Virus record (IMG/VR): IMGVR_UViG_3300044476_000098
Span: 1 to 27,551 of that record
Reading direction: 5' to 3' (one strand)
Length of the DNA stretch: 27,551 nt
Origin: a virus
Lineage: Duplodnaviria > Caudoviricetes
The notes beneath the pieces were generated by a model that made no database searches, was not told where the DNA came from, and saw only the letters and a program-made list of their open reading frames with translations. Numbering within the stretch: the stretch's first letter is position 1; every line of letters starts with the position of its first letter. Positions 7,423 through 16,389 of the stretch are shown here, piece after piece. Position numbers and translations under genes: made by a program.

Positions 7423-9399
7423 GTGCCAGTCGTCAGGCAGACCAGGGTTTCCCAGGACGAGCGGGACAAGTACAAGGCCGCCGCCGCCATCGGCGTGCCC
7501 GGCGCTGCGCTGGCCTCGCTCGGCCAGCACCAGGCGGTGCACGCCTACGGCCGCAAGCTGGGCGGCGGCAAGTACACCAGGCCGAAGTTCTGGCAGTTCC
7601 GGGAGCTGTTCGACCCGCGCCGCACGCAGATCGCCGGTAGGCGCAAGTTGATCGGCGGTGCGGGCTGGACCGCCTCGATGGTCGGCTCGCGTATCGCGAC
7701 GCCGCTGGCCGCGGGCGGCATCGTCGGTCTGGCGAGCACGCGCCAGCAGCCTCGGCAGGCCACCGACCGGGCCAGTCTCATCGACCGGGCGAAGGCCGGT
7801 ACCGCCAACGCGCTGCACTCCAGCCGGGAGAGCGCCCCGAAGATGGACCGGGGCTCCCAGGCGGCGATGCTCGGCGCCACGCTGGGCGGCAGCACGGTCG
7901 GAGGCGCGGCTGCGTCCCTGGCGGCAGACGCCCGCCTCAAGCGCGCCAACCCGACTCGCTACCGGGCTCTCGCCGAGGGCCGCGCCCTGCCGCGGCACCG
8001 TCGCGCGCTTCTCGGCACCGCAGGGGCGATCGCGGGATCGGCTCTGGGCCTCAAGGCGGTCAGCGGGCACATCCAGCGCCGCAACCCGGACTACCGGATG
8101 ACCCCGTTCGGGCCGCGCTACCGGGAGCGCGTTGCGGTCGGCAAGGTGGCCGGATATCCGAACATGGCCAGGTGGCGCATTGGCCCCAACGCTCCGGTCA
8201 AGAAGCCGAGGCCGCCAACGCCGGAGGGGATGACCCATTCGGAGGCGCGCGCCCGGAACAGAGCACTGCGGGAGAAGCAGCACCTGGAGTACCTGCGGAC
8301 CAAGAAGCCGCTGCAGTACGCGCGTGAGACCCGTACGCCGTCGCGCTGGTACGAGCTGTCCGGGAAGCGCGTTCCGGTGTCGGTCAGCCGGGCCGCTCGC
8401 TTCGGTGTTGCGCCTACTGCTGGCGTCGGGATTCTGGCGCTGAACCGCAAGTCCGACAGCGGGCAGCGCAAGCGCGACGCCGGGCTCGGCGCTGCTGGCG
8501 CTGCCGCTGCGGGATCGGCGTACTACGGCGGCGCGTACGGGGCCAACCGGGTGTTCCAGCGGATGGCCAACGAGGACGTCGCCGGTGCCGACCTGAAGAA
8601 GCATGTCGCCAGGCACTATCGGCAGGCCGGCAAGCCCGCGCTGCTGTCCCGGGCGCACAAGGAGGCGTTCAACCAGGCGTACCGGACCACGCCGCACCAC
8701 GTCCGGGGCGCGGCCGGGCTTCGTGCCGGGGCCCGCATCTACGGCGCCGGTGCGATCGGTAGGTTCCAGATGTCCGCGTTGGGTCTGGGCGCGTTGGGCG
8801 GTGTGGGTGCGTCACGCGCTCTCGGCCGTGGCCGGGAGCCTGCCAGCAAGTCCGCCGCCGTCACGGTGATGCCGACCACGGCACCAGAGCGGCGCGCCGA
8901 GGCCAAGCGCAAGCGGACGCAGGCTGCGCTGTCCACCGGGGCCGCCGTGGGCACGATCGGGTCGCTGGGGCTTCGCGGAGCCGGTGCGGGTACTGCCAAG
9001 TGGGGTGCGCGTCGGCTAGGAGCGCAACGCGCCAAGCGCATCGGCGATGTTCTCACCGCTCGGTCGTGGGACGCAAGCCTGACGGCCGGAAGCGTCGGCG
9101 CCGGCAGTTCGCTGTACTTCGGTCGGCAGCAGCGCCGGGAGGCCAACGAGCTGGAGCGGATGCGCCGCCCCCGGCTCGTCACACCGGTCACCGTGACGTC
9201 CAAGCGCATCACCGGAGCCGAGTTCCGGGAGCACGAGATCGCCCGGCGGCAGGAGATCGCCAAGGCGTTGTGGCGCGCCCCTAGGGTGACTCCGGTGGGG
9301 ATGGCCCGTGCGCCGTCACCGTTCAAGGCCACGACGTACCAGCGGCGTACGCCGACTGGCCGTCTGGTGTCAGTAGCCCGCCGAGGAGGGATCGGATGA
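7423..9399 (+). CDS. Arg/Gly/Ala-rich multi-module protein with glycine-zipper helices (putative processed virion-internal protein)
   Basis: 658 aa; repeated small-residue hydrophobic helices flanked by basic patches; VGK|V, ASK|S, TSK|R, IAK|A sites; AGGAG SD. Confidence 0.75.
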   Translation: MPVVRQTRVSQDERDKYKAAAAIGVPGAALASLGQHQAVHAYGRKLGGGKYTRPKFWQFRELFDPRRTQIAGRRKLIGGAGWTASMVGSRIATPLAAGGIVGLASTRQQPRQATDRASLIDRAKAGTANALHSSRESAPKMDRGSQAAMLGATLGGSTVGGAAASLAADARLKRANPTRYRALAEGRALPRHRRALLGTAGAIAGSALGLKAVSGHIQRRNPDYRMTPFGPRYRERVAVGKVAGYPNMARWRIGPNAPVKKPRPPTPEGMTHSEARARNRALREKQHLEYLRTKKPLQYARETRTPSRWYELSGKRVPVSVSRAARFGVAPTAGVGILALNRKSDSGQRKRDAGLGAAGAAAAGSAYYGGAYGANRVFQRMANEDVAGADLKKHVARHYRQAGKPALLSRAHKEAFNQAYRTTPHHVRGAAGLRAGARIYGAGAIGRFQMSALGLGALGGVGASRALGRGREPASKSAAVTVMPTTAPERRAEAKRKRTQAALSTGAAVGTIGSLGLRGAGAGTAKWGARRLGAQRAKRIGDVLTARSWDASLTAGSVGAGSSLYFGRQQRREANELERMRRPRLVTPVTVTSKRITGAEFREHEIARRQEIAKALWRAPRVTPVGMARAPSPFKATTYQRRTPTGRLVSVARRGGIG

Positions 9400-12300
9400 G
9401 CATTGTGCGCGCTGTTGCGCGGCTCGACCCCCGGGACGCAGACGTTCTGGTTGCTTTCACGCTGGGCGAAATCGCCATGGACTGCGACGAGATGGCCACG
9501 ATTGCCGAGGCGGAGCAGGTCGCCAAGGCCCTGCCTGGGCTACGCCGTGCGCTGGTCCGCAAGTTCGTGCAGCGCCGTGTCGACGGCGAGGACGTGGCCG
9601 ACCTCGTGCAGGCCGCTGCCGAGCTGACGCTCGCCGAGCGCGACGTGGTCGCCAAGTTCGGCCCGCAGCGGGTGTGGCGCGAGTCCGACATCCGGCGTGA
9701 CGAGCGGGGCCGGTTCAGCCGGGAGTTCTCGGCGAGCCGGGCGAAGATCCCGCACCAGTCGATGACCTCGGACAACTGGGGCCCCGGCAACATGGCCGCG
9801 CTGGCGGCTTCCGGCGTTCCGGCCGCGGACCTGGACCGCTACGCCGAGGACTGGGCCCGGCTGCACGGCGAGGTGTCCCAGCTGCAGGACACCGGGGCGA
9901 TCGGCGACTCCCCGGTGGCGGTCAAGATCCGCAACAAGACCAACGGACGGGTGTTCGAGCAGGAGGCGACGGACCCGTCCGAGATGCAGTGGATGCCCGG
10001 CGTGCAGCAGCCTGTCGGCTACGCCTGGCAGGGCGGCTCTCCGGCGGGTCTTGGTGCTGCCGGGCAGCGGCCGACGTTCGCCAACCTGGGCGCCGCGCTC
10101 AACGCCCGGCCTGCTACCGAGAGGCCCAACGATCTGCGCTACCAGCAGGCCGGTATCGCCGGGCAGGCGGCCCGGCAGTTGACCACCCCGGGCACTGTTC
10201 CGCACGCGGTGGGGACGCTGGCGAGCGTGGTAGGCGAGTTCGGCCCGCAGGCCGAGGAGGCTCTCGGCCCCAGGATGCGGCGCACCGCCTACCGGTACCG
10301 CGGCAACGAGGTGCGCCCGGACCCAGGTGTCGCCCGCGCGGTGGAGTCGGTGGACGAGGTTCCGTTGATCCTGTCGGACCAGCTTCCGGTGGGCGCCGAC
10401 CCGTCCGTCACCACCAGCCCTAAGGCCCTGCAGGGCAACACCCCGGCGCAGTCGGCCGTGGCGATGTACGACCAGGAGTTCGACGGCAACGCCGAGCGCA
10501 TCCAGATGCACGGCCGGTCCGACCAGGCCGTCATCGAGCTGGTCGACGACATCCCCACGCCGGAGCAGTACGCGCTGGGCCTGGAGTCCGGCACCCCACC
10601 GCCGTCCACCGGCGTGGTCATCGACAGCCAGGGCCGTGTCGCGCACCAGGCCGTCGGCTACGAGGGCGACCACTACCTGCCGTTCAACCTGCGCAACCTC
10701 AAGGCGCTCTCCGGCGGCCAGTACGTACGCACCCGCGGCACCGGCGGGCCCACCAGCGAGGACATCTACACCGGGCTGATGGGCAACGCCCGGATGATCA
10801 CGGTGGCCAGCCGCAACGGCGTTTTCACGCTGGAGTTCAACCCCGAGACCCGCGGCTCCAAGCGGTACAGCGACAAGGCGCGCCGCATGGTGCGCCGCTA
10901 CGAGCAGCTGCTGGACACGGTCAGCACGTCGGCCGGCGGCCGTCTGCGGCGCACTCCGGTCCCGGAGGAGACGCTGGACCGGATCAAGCAGCGCGCCTGG
11001 ACCCGCTCCAACGGCAACCCGGCCGACTACCAGGCGATCGTGGACGCCGAGACCGCCAAGGAGCAGTTCAAGCTGGACCAGGGGATCGGCGTCGACAAGA
11101 CGAAGATCCGCCAGCAGGCGGAGCAGGACCTGCAGGGCGGCTACACCGGCGCCAGCTGGTCGAAGCTGTCCAACGCCACCCGCGAAGGGATGATCGCGGA
11201 GCGGATGCGCGTCATCCAGGACGAGCAGGGCGCTCTCGGCGGCTCCTACCGCCTCAACGGCCCCGGCTACGCGTCTGCGCTCGACGCGCTCCAGCGCCAG
11301 TTCCCGGACCTGATCCGGCGCACCAGCTACCGGACGGTCAAGGAGTTCGGGAGCGACTTCGGCATGGGTCCGCAGTTCGCTGCCGTCCAGCAGCCCAGTC
11401 GTGGCGCCGGGGACAAGGGCTACGTCCTTCCCGGCAGCAACAAGCCGCACCAGGCGATGGTCGGCTGGTGGAACACCGACATCCAGCGCGGTACCGCGGG
11501 AGTGCGGGGCGACAAGCTGCCGGTCGCTGGCACCAGGCACAACAAGCAGCGGGGGACGTGGGCCGAGCCCGGTCTGTCGCGGCGTCGCCCGGAAGCAGAG
11601 GCCGAGCAGCCAGCGGTCAGGACGTCCGGTACCGGAATCGGCGCTGGCGGCGCTGGCGGTGCTGGCGGCGGGGCCGGCGCGCCCAGGCCCGGGTCGCCCG
11701 GCACCCCCGGGTCCACCCAGGTGAGCCCCACCGGCCTGGCCGCGGCCCTGATGGGCCGCGCCACCCAGGCGATCCCGCTGATCGGGCAGATGATGCCGGT
11801 CTACACCCGGATCACCAGCATCACCCCGACCCCCGACAACGTGGACATCGTTCCGGTGGACCCGCCGGACAAGCCTCCGGTGGCCCAGATGTCGGTGAGG
11901 GAAGTGCAGGAGCTGGACACCGCCGTCAAGGCCAAGTGGATGATGGAGAACATCAACCTCGGGGCTGACGACCCGCGCCTGAAGGAGGCGCTGCGCAGCC
12001 CGCGGATGGTCGACGGGCTCACCACCTGGATGCGTTCGGTGTCGCACAGGCTGCGCAGCCAGCCCGGTTTCGGGCAGGCCATCGGAGTCTCCTCGCCCGA
12101 CCGGGTCGCCAACGAGCTCGACAACTCGATCAAGGAAATCGAGGAGATGGCGTCCCAGTCCGAGCCGCTGCGCGGTGGTGACCCGATGACCGCCGACCCC
12201 AGGGTGGGCGACATGATCCGGCCGATCGTCACTCCCGGTGTGGACGCGCTGCCGCCGGACCTGGACGCGCTGGACACCTACGTCGACGACGCTCCGGCTG

Positions 12301-12860
12301 AGGTCAAGGACTTCATGCACTCGATGGACGACCCGGCGGAGGCCAAGCGGATCGTCGCGGAGCACACCAGGCAGGGCCAGCGGATCAAGGCTCTCAAGGA
12401 CTGGCAGGCCGGGGCGCAGTCGGCCTACCCGGTTGCGTCCGGGCTGGGTCCGGACGACTTCCGGGCGCTGGGTTTGACCGCCACCCAGGGCCCGCTGGGC
12501 CGGGACGACATGGAGGACGTCGTCGCCAACGCCAAGACGCTGGCGTCCGCGCTGCGCTCCGGGCCCGACGCGATCGCCTCGCTCCCGGACATCGGCGGCC
12601 AGCTGCACCCGCTGGTCGACCACCAGCGTCGCGCCGAGGGCATGTCGTTGTGGGCCGCGCGCAAGGCGTTGGAGGGCGAGCCCATCCCAAAAGTCAGCAA
12701 GGGGCTGGGCCGCGGCCCGGTCCCGCTCCGGCCGGTGGGCACCTCGTTCCGCTCCCTCGGCCCGCAGAGCGGACCTCGGGCGCGGGTGCGCAAGCAGTCG
12801 CAGGTGAGGGTGCATCAGCCGGACAGCCCGCTGGCCCGGGCGGTGGCCCGTCTGGTGTGA
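9396..12860 (+). CDS. large putative virion-internal/minor head protein with RDxxGRF tag and JAB/MPN-like segment
   Basis: 1154 aa, ATGA-coupled, GAGGAGG SD; WRESDIRRDERGRF at 9675-9716; GVVIDSQG...RTRGTGGPTSEDI...VASRNGVF at ~10611-10840. Confidence 0.8.
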   Translation: MSIVRAVARLDPRDADVLVAFTLGEIAMDCDEMATIAEAEQVAKALPGLRRALVRKFVQRRVDGEDVADLVQAAAELTLAERDVVAKFGPQRVWRESDIRRDERGRFSREFSASRAKIPHQSMTSDNWGPGNMAALAASGVPAADLDRYAEDWARLHGEVSQLQDTGAIGDSPVAVKIRNKTNGRVFEQEATDPSEMQWMPGVQQPVGYAWQGGSPAGLGAAGQRPTFANLGAALNARPATERPNDLRYQQAGIAGQAARQLTTPGTVPHAVGTLASVVGEFGPQAEEALGPRMRRTAYRYRGNEVRPDPGVARAVESVDEVPLILSDQLPVGADPSVTTSPKALQGNTPAQSAVAMYDQEFDGNAERIQMHGRSDQAVIELVDDIPTPEQYALGLESGTPPPSTGVVIDSQGRVAHQAVGYEGDHYLPFNLRNLKALSGGQYVRTRGTGGPTSEDIYTGLMGNARMITVASRNGVFTLEFNPETRGSKRYSDKARRMVRRYEQLLDTVSTSAGGRLRRTPVPEETLDRIKQRAWTRSNGNPADYQAIVDAETAKEQFKLDQGIGVDKTKIRQQAEQDLQGGYTGASWSKLSNATREGMIAERMRVIQDEQGALGGSYRLNGPGYASALDALQRQFPDLIRRTSYRTVKEFGSDFGMGPQFAAVQQPSRGAGDKGYVLPGSNKPHQAMVGWWNTDIQRGTAGVRGDKLPVAGTRHNKQRGTWAEPGLSRRRPEAEAEQPAVRTSGTGIGAGGAGGAGGGAGAPRPGSPGTPGSTQVSPTGLAAALMGRATQAIPLIGQMMPVYTRITSITPTPDNVDIVPVDPPDKPPVAQMSVREVQELDTAVKAKWMMENINLGADDPRLKEALRSPRMVDGLTTWMRSVSHRLRSQPGFGQAIGVSSPDRVANELDNSIKEIEEMASQSEPLRGGDPMTADPRVGDMIRPIVTPGVDALPPDLDALDTYVDDAPAEVKDFMHSMDDPAEAKRIVAEHTRQGQRIKALKDWQAGAQSAYPVASGLGPDDFRALGLTATQGPLGRDDMEDVVANAKTLASALRSGPDAIASLPDIGGQLHPLVDHQRRAEGMSLWAARKALEGEPIPKVSKGLGRGPVPLRPVGTSFRSLGPQSGPRARVRKQSQVRVHQPDSPLARAVARLV

Positions 12861-13702
12861 CGCGGCCTGACGTGCAGCGTGTCCAGGCTGTGCTCGACCG
12901 GATGGACCGGCGGGTCGGCATGGGCCCGGTAAAGCGCAAGGTCGAGTCGCTGGTCGCCGACGCCAGGTACCAGATGGCCCGCAAGCAGGCGGGTCTGCCG
13001 GTCGAGCCCAAGGCCATGCACATGGTCTTCAGCGGCAACCCGGGCACCGGCAAGACGACCACGGCCCGTGACATCGCCGAGATGTACAACGCGCTCGGGC
13101 TGCTCCCCACCAAGAACGTGGTGGAGGTGACCCGCGGCGACCTGGTGGCCGAATATGTCGGACAAACGGCCAAGAAGACCCAGGACGTGCTCAACAAGGC
13201 GCGCGGCGGTGTGTTGTTCATCGACGAGGCGTACAACCTGGCCCGCGACGCCTACGGCAACGAGGCGCTGGAGCAGATCATGACCGAGATGGAGAACAAC
13301 CGAGGCTCCATGGTCGTGATCGCCGCCGGCTACCCGCGCGAGATGCGCGACATGATCAACGTCAACCCGGGTCTGCGCTCCAGGTTCCCGACCAGGATCG
13401 ACTTCCCGGACTACACCGTCGAGGAGAAGCGCAAGATTTCGCAGGGGATGGTCGGGCAGGGCCAGTACAAGCTCTCCCGGGGCGCCAGCGGTCGGCTGCA
13501 CCGCGCGGTTGCCGAGATCGGCGGGTCCGGCAACGCCCGCGACGTCCGCAACCTGTACGACGCGATCCGCACGGCGCACGCCGAGCGGCTGGCGACCGTC
13601 CCGCAGCCGACCCGCCAGCAGCTGTCTGAGCTGACCGCGTCCGACGTCCGCCGGGGCCTGGCCGACTTCCAGGCCTCCCGGCACGAGGAGCCGGGCGAGT
13701 GA
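12857..13702 (+). CDS. AAA+ ATPase, CbbX/SpoVK/EccA-like (single AAA domain, ~281 aa)
   Basis: HMVFSGNPGTGKTT, pore loop AEYVGQTA, GGVLFIDEAY, VIAAGY, NPGLRSRF, FPDY, GNARDVRN; real start is GTG 12857 overlapping the upstream TGA. Confidence 0.92.
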   Translation: MTRPDVQRVQAVLDRMDRRVGMGPVKRKVESLVADARYQMARKQAGLPVEPKAMHMVFSGNPGTGKTTTARDIAEMYNALGLLPTKNVVEVTRGDLVAEYVGQTAKKTQDVLNKARGGVLFIDEAYNLARDAYGNEALEQIMTEMENNRGSMVVIAAGYPREMRDMINVNPGLRSRFPTRIDFPDYTVEEKRKISQGMVGQGQYKLSRGASGRLHRAVAEIGGSGNARDVRNLYDAIRTAHAERLATVPQPTRQQLSELTASDVRRGLADFQASRHEEPGE

Positions 13703-16389
13703 TGAGCAACAGGTGGTGGACCGCGCAGGGCGGGCTCCCGGAGCTCGACGACGTCGAGCGTGCGTTGCTGGAGCCCACTGGTGACGCCGCCGTCGACCTC
13801 CCACAGGTCTTCCTGGCCTGGCACCGGGTCGGCTCGCGGATGGTGGGGGCGGTGGCGCGGTCGCCGCTGCCGGACGCGCACGCGATGGACACCGCGATCC
13901 TGGCGGTGTGCACCGACGCCTTCGACTCGATGACGTCCTCGGTGAGCAAGTCGCTGGACGGCTCCTACGCCCCGCTGCTGGTGCGCGACGTGGTGGCCGA
14001 GTCGGTGGCAGGCGCCCGCTCGACGTTCGAGTACCTGGTCAACGGCGGTGTCTCGCCGCCGGTGGCGATGGAGCGCACCGCTCTGGTGTTCGGCGTGCCG
14101 TTCCGGCAGCTCGGCTCCTATCTGCAGGTGGCCCGGCAGCCTGCGGCCGCCCCCAGGGTGGTTGACCACGAGGCGGACATGGCGGTGATGGCCGCAGCCC
14201 GGATGCTCGCCGCCTCCGAGGCCACCTCCCCGGTGTCCAAGGCGGGCGCGTTCCGCGAGGAGGAGGTGAAGCGGGACGACCAGGGCCGCTTCGCCACGGA
14301 GGGCGGCAGCAAGCAGCCGGCCGTTCGCCGTGGGGGCCGCATCCGGCTCAAGCGGCGCGCGGGTCGCCGTTCGGCTCAGGCTCCGGCAGCTGTGGCTGCC
14401 GAGGCCAAGGTGGTCGACCCCGCTGTGGCGGCTGACCAGGAGCAGATGCTCACCAACATCATGGACCGTCTGACAGCGCGTGCGGCTGCCGACAAGGCCA
14501 AGGTAGAAGCCGTCCGCCAGAAGCGGGCGCAGCGGGCCGCAGCCCGCGCAGCTCCGGCGCAGAGCCACGCCGACCAGGTGCGCGCCCAGCAGGCTGCGAA
14601 CGACATGACGTTCGTTCGTCGGCACTTCGACCGGAGCCAGGACAGCGTGGTTGACGACGGCTACTCGGCGCAGCTGGATAGCCAGCAGAGCCAGCTGGTC
14701 GTCGAACGCGTCCTCATGTCGCTGAGCGGCGGAAAGCCGGATGTGACGTTGCGCGAGCTGGAGTTCGTCGGCGGCGATCTCGCTTCCCGGTTCACCACTG
14801 GCGGTGGGCTGGCGGTTGACAGCGAGGATCTGCGCCTCGCGGCCCCGCAGAGCAGGACCCATGTCCGGGAGTCAGCCAACGCGCTGCTGGACGATCTCCA
14901 CCACAAGGTGAGTACCCGGGTCGGTCAGTTCAGCACCGACGCCAAGTCATTCGTGGCGCCACGGTCGCTGGCCGAGCGGAACATGCTGGACGACTACGCC
15001 GAGGGCATGATCCACATAGTGGAGTGGCCACCCACGCCCCAGGATCTCGCTCGTCCCGGGCACCACAATCCGGGCGCTCCCGTGCGTGTCACGTCGATGG
15101 ACATGGGTGAAGCATCCGAGATGAGCGGGTACACCCCAGACCCCAGCACCGCTGACGACGTGCTGGCGGTGTTTCCGGCCGGGACGCTGGTCGGCGAGCT
15201 CGCAGAGTCGCGCCATGGGTCCGATCTGCGGGTGGACCAGGACATCTCCTACCGCGTCGAATACGGGTCGACGTCCTGGGTGCTGGACAAGACCACCGGG
15301 CGTTCGACCATGATCGTGTTCCTGAGCCCGACCGAGTCGGCGGACAAGGCGTACCGGTTCCGGGAGGAGGAGGTGCGCCGCGACGAGGACGGCCGGTTCG
15401 CCGTGGAGGGCAGCGGTGGCTCACCGCGGCGCAGCCGCCATACACGGGTGAGACGGCGCGTAGGACGATCCGACAGACCTGCTCAGGGATCACCGGCTAC
15501 TCGGCGGGCTCCGGCACCGGCGTCCGCGGCTGACCAGATCGAGCAGGACGCGGTGATGGCGTGGGTGGCGGACAGCTTCGCCCGGCGCGGCATCAGCCAC
15601 GAGGCCCGGGTGCAGGCGCACCGCGCTCGTCAGGCCGAGCGCCAACGCGCCCGCGAGCTGGGTCTGGCGGGCACCGCCACGGTCGCCAAAGATGCCGCCG
15701 GAGTGGTCGACCACGACGCGGAGACCGCTGTCGGGATCAACCGCGACTTCCTGGTGATGCCGCGCACCGGGTCGCTCGACGTCGACTCCCTGGTCGCTCC
15801 CATTGGGAGCAGCCAGGTCAAGTTCCGGCTCAGCCCGGAGGGTGTCGCGCTGCTCTCCAGCGACAGGGTGCTGGACACCAAGACGTACGACCCCTATTCG
15901 ACGCTGCCCGGCATGGCAAGGATCGTGGCTGCTGCCCACTCCGATGTCAGTATCGACCAGCTGCTGACCGGCATGAACGATTACGAGTTCGCGGTACAGG
16001 CGGACTACGCAGCCGAGTACGGCGGTATCGACTCGATCGAGGACCCCAGCGACGCCGAGATCATGGCCCTGCAGGCCGAGCTGGACCAGGCCGTTCCCGC
16101 CCGGGACGACCGCCGTCGGGTGATTGCCGAGGCCGAGAAGGCGGGCAAGCCGTTCCGGGTGGTGACCATGAACGGACGCCCGGTGGCCGTTCCGGTGACC
16201 CGTGCGGTGTACGCCATCCAGCAGCCTCCTCAGGGCGTGGCCCTGGAGGACGCCAGGTTCGAGTGGCAGCGGTTCACGCAGCTGGAGCTGACCGGACGCG
16301 CCAGCGCGGACCTGACAGCGGTCGCCGGGGGCTACCAGCCCGAGTACTGGGTGGCCGTCTACGACGGTCGTGCCACTAGGGGAGGATGA
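13699..16389 (+). CDS. large putative minor head protein, possible MuF-like N-terminus, with two internal RDxxGRF-headed repeats
   Basis: 896 aa; FREEEVKRDDQGRF (14251-14292) and FREEEVRRDEDGRF (15358-15399); coupled start. Confidence 0.8.
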   Translation: MMSNRWWTAQGGLPELDDVERALLEPTGDAAVDLPQVFLAWHRVGSRMVGAVARSPLPDAHAMDTAILAVCTDAFDSMTSSVSKSLDGSYAPLLVRDVVAESVAGARSTFEYLVNGGVSPPVAMERTALVFGVPFRQLGSYLQVARQPAAAPRVVDHEADMAVMAAARMLAASEATSPVSKAGAFREEEVKRDDQGRFATEGGSKQPAVRRGGRIRLKRRAGRRSAQAPAAVAAEAKVVDPAVAADQEQMLTNIMDRLTARAAADKAKVEAVRQKRAQRAAARAAPAQSHADQVRAQQAANDMTFVRRHFDRSQDSVVDDGYSAQLDSQQSQLVVERVLMSLSGGKPDVTLRELEFVGGDLASRFTTGGGLAVDSEDLRLAAPQSRTHVRESANALLDDLHHKVSTRVGQFSTDAKSFVAPRSLAERNMLDDYAEGMIHIVEWPPTPQDLARPGHHNPGAPVRVTSMDMGEASEMSGYTPDPSTADDVLAVFPAGTLVGELAESRHGSDLRVDQDISYRVEYGSTSWVLDKTTGRSTMIVFLSPTESADKAYRFREEEVRRDEDGRFAVEGSGGSPRRSRHTRVRRRVGRSDRPAQGSPATRRAPAPASAADQIEQDAVMAWVADSFARRGISHEARVQAHRARQAERQRARELGLAGTATVAKDAAGVVDHDAETAVGINRDFLVMPRTGSLDVDSLVAPIGSSQVKFRLSPEGVALLSSDRVLDTKTYDPYSTLPGMARIVAAAHSDVSIDQLLTGMNDYEFAVQADYAAEYGGIDSIEDPSDAEIMALQAELDQAVPARDDRRRVIAEAEKAGKPFRVVTMNGRPVAVPVTRAVYAIQQPPQGVALEDARFEWQRFTQLELTGRASADLTAVAGGYQPEYWVAVYDGRATRGG

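Noticed and set aside
4837-8700. 1287-aa minus-strand ORF
   Set aside because: Antisense shadow of the HNH/portal/cargo genes; high GC3 suppresses stops; no motifs, no SD.
9540-12815. 1091-aa minus-strand ORF (likewise 3262..4629, 13411..14862, 16359..17810, 26696..27397, and plus-strand 1637..2719)
   Set aside because: Mirror frames of well-supported genes on the opposite strand, with the typical shadow composition (rich in V, G, L, R, H).
12650-12856. N-terminal extension of the AAA+ ORF (and similar extensions of 17441.., 25073.., 803..1321, 1063..1650, 1323..1601)
   Set aside because: They overlap upstream genes in another frame; coupled or SD-supported downstream starts fit better.
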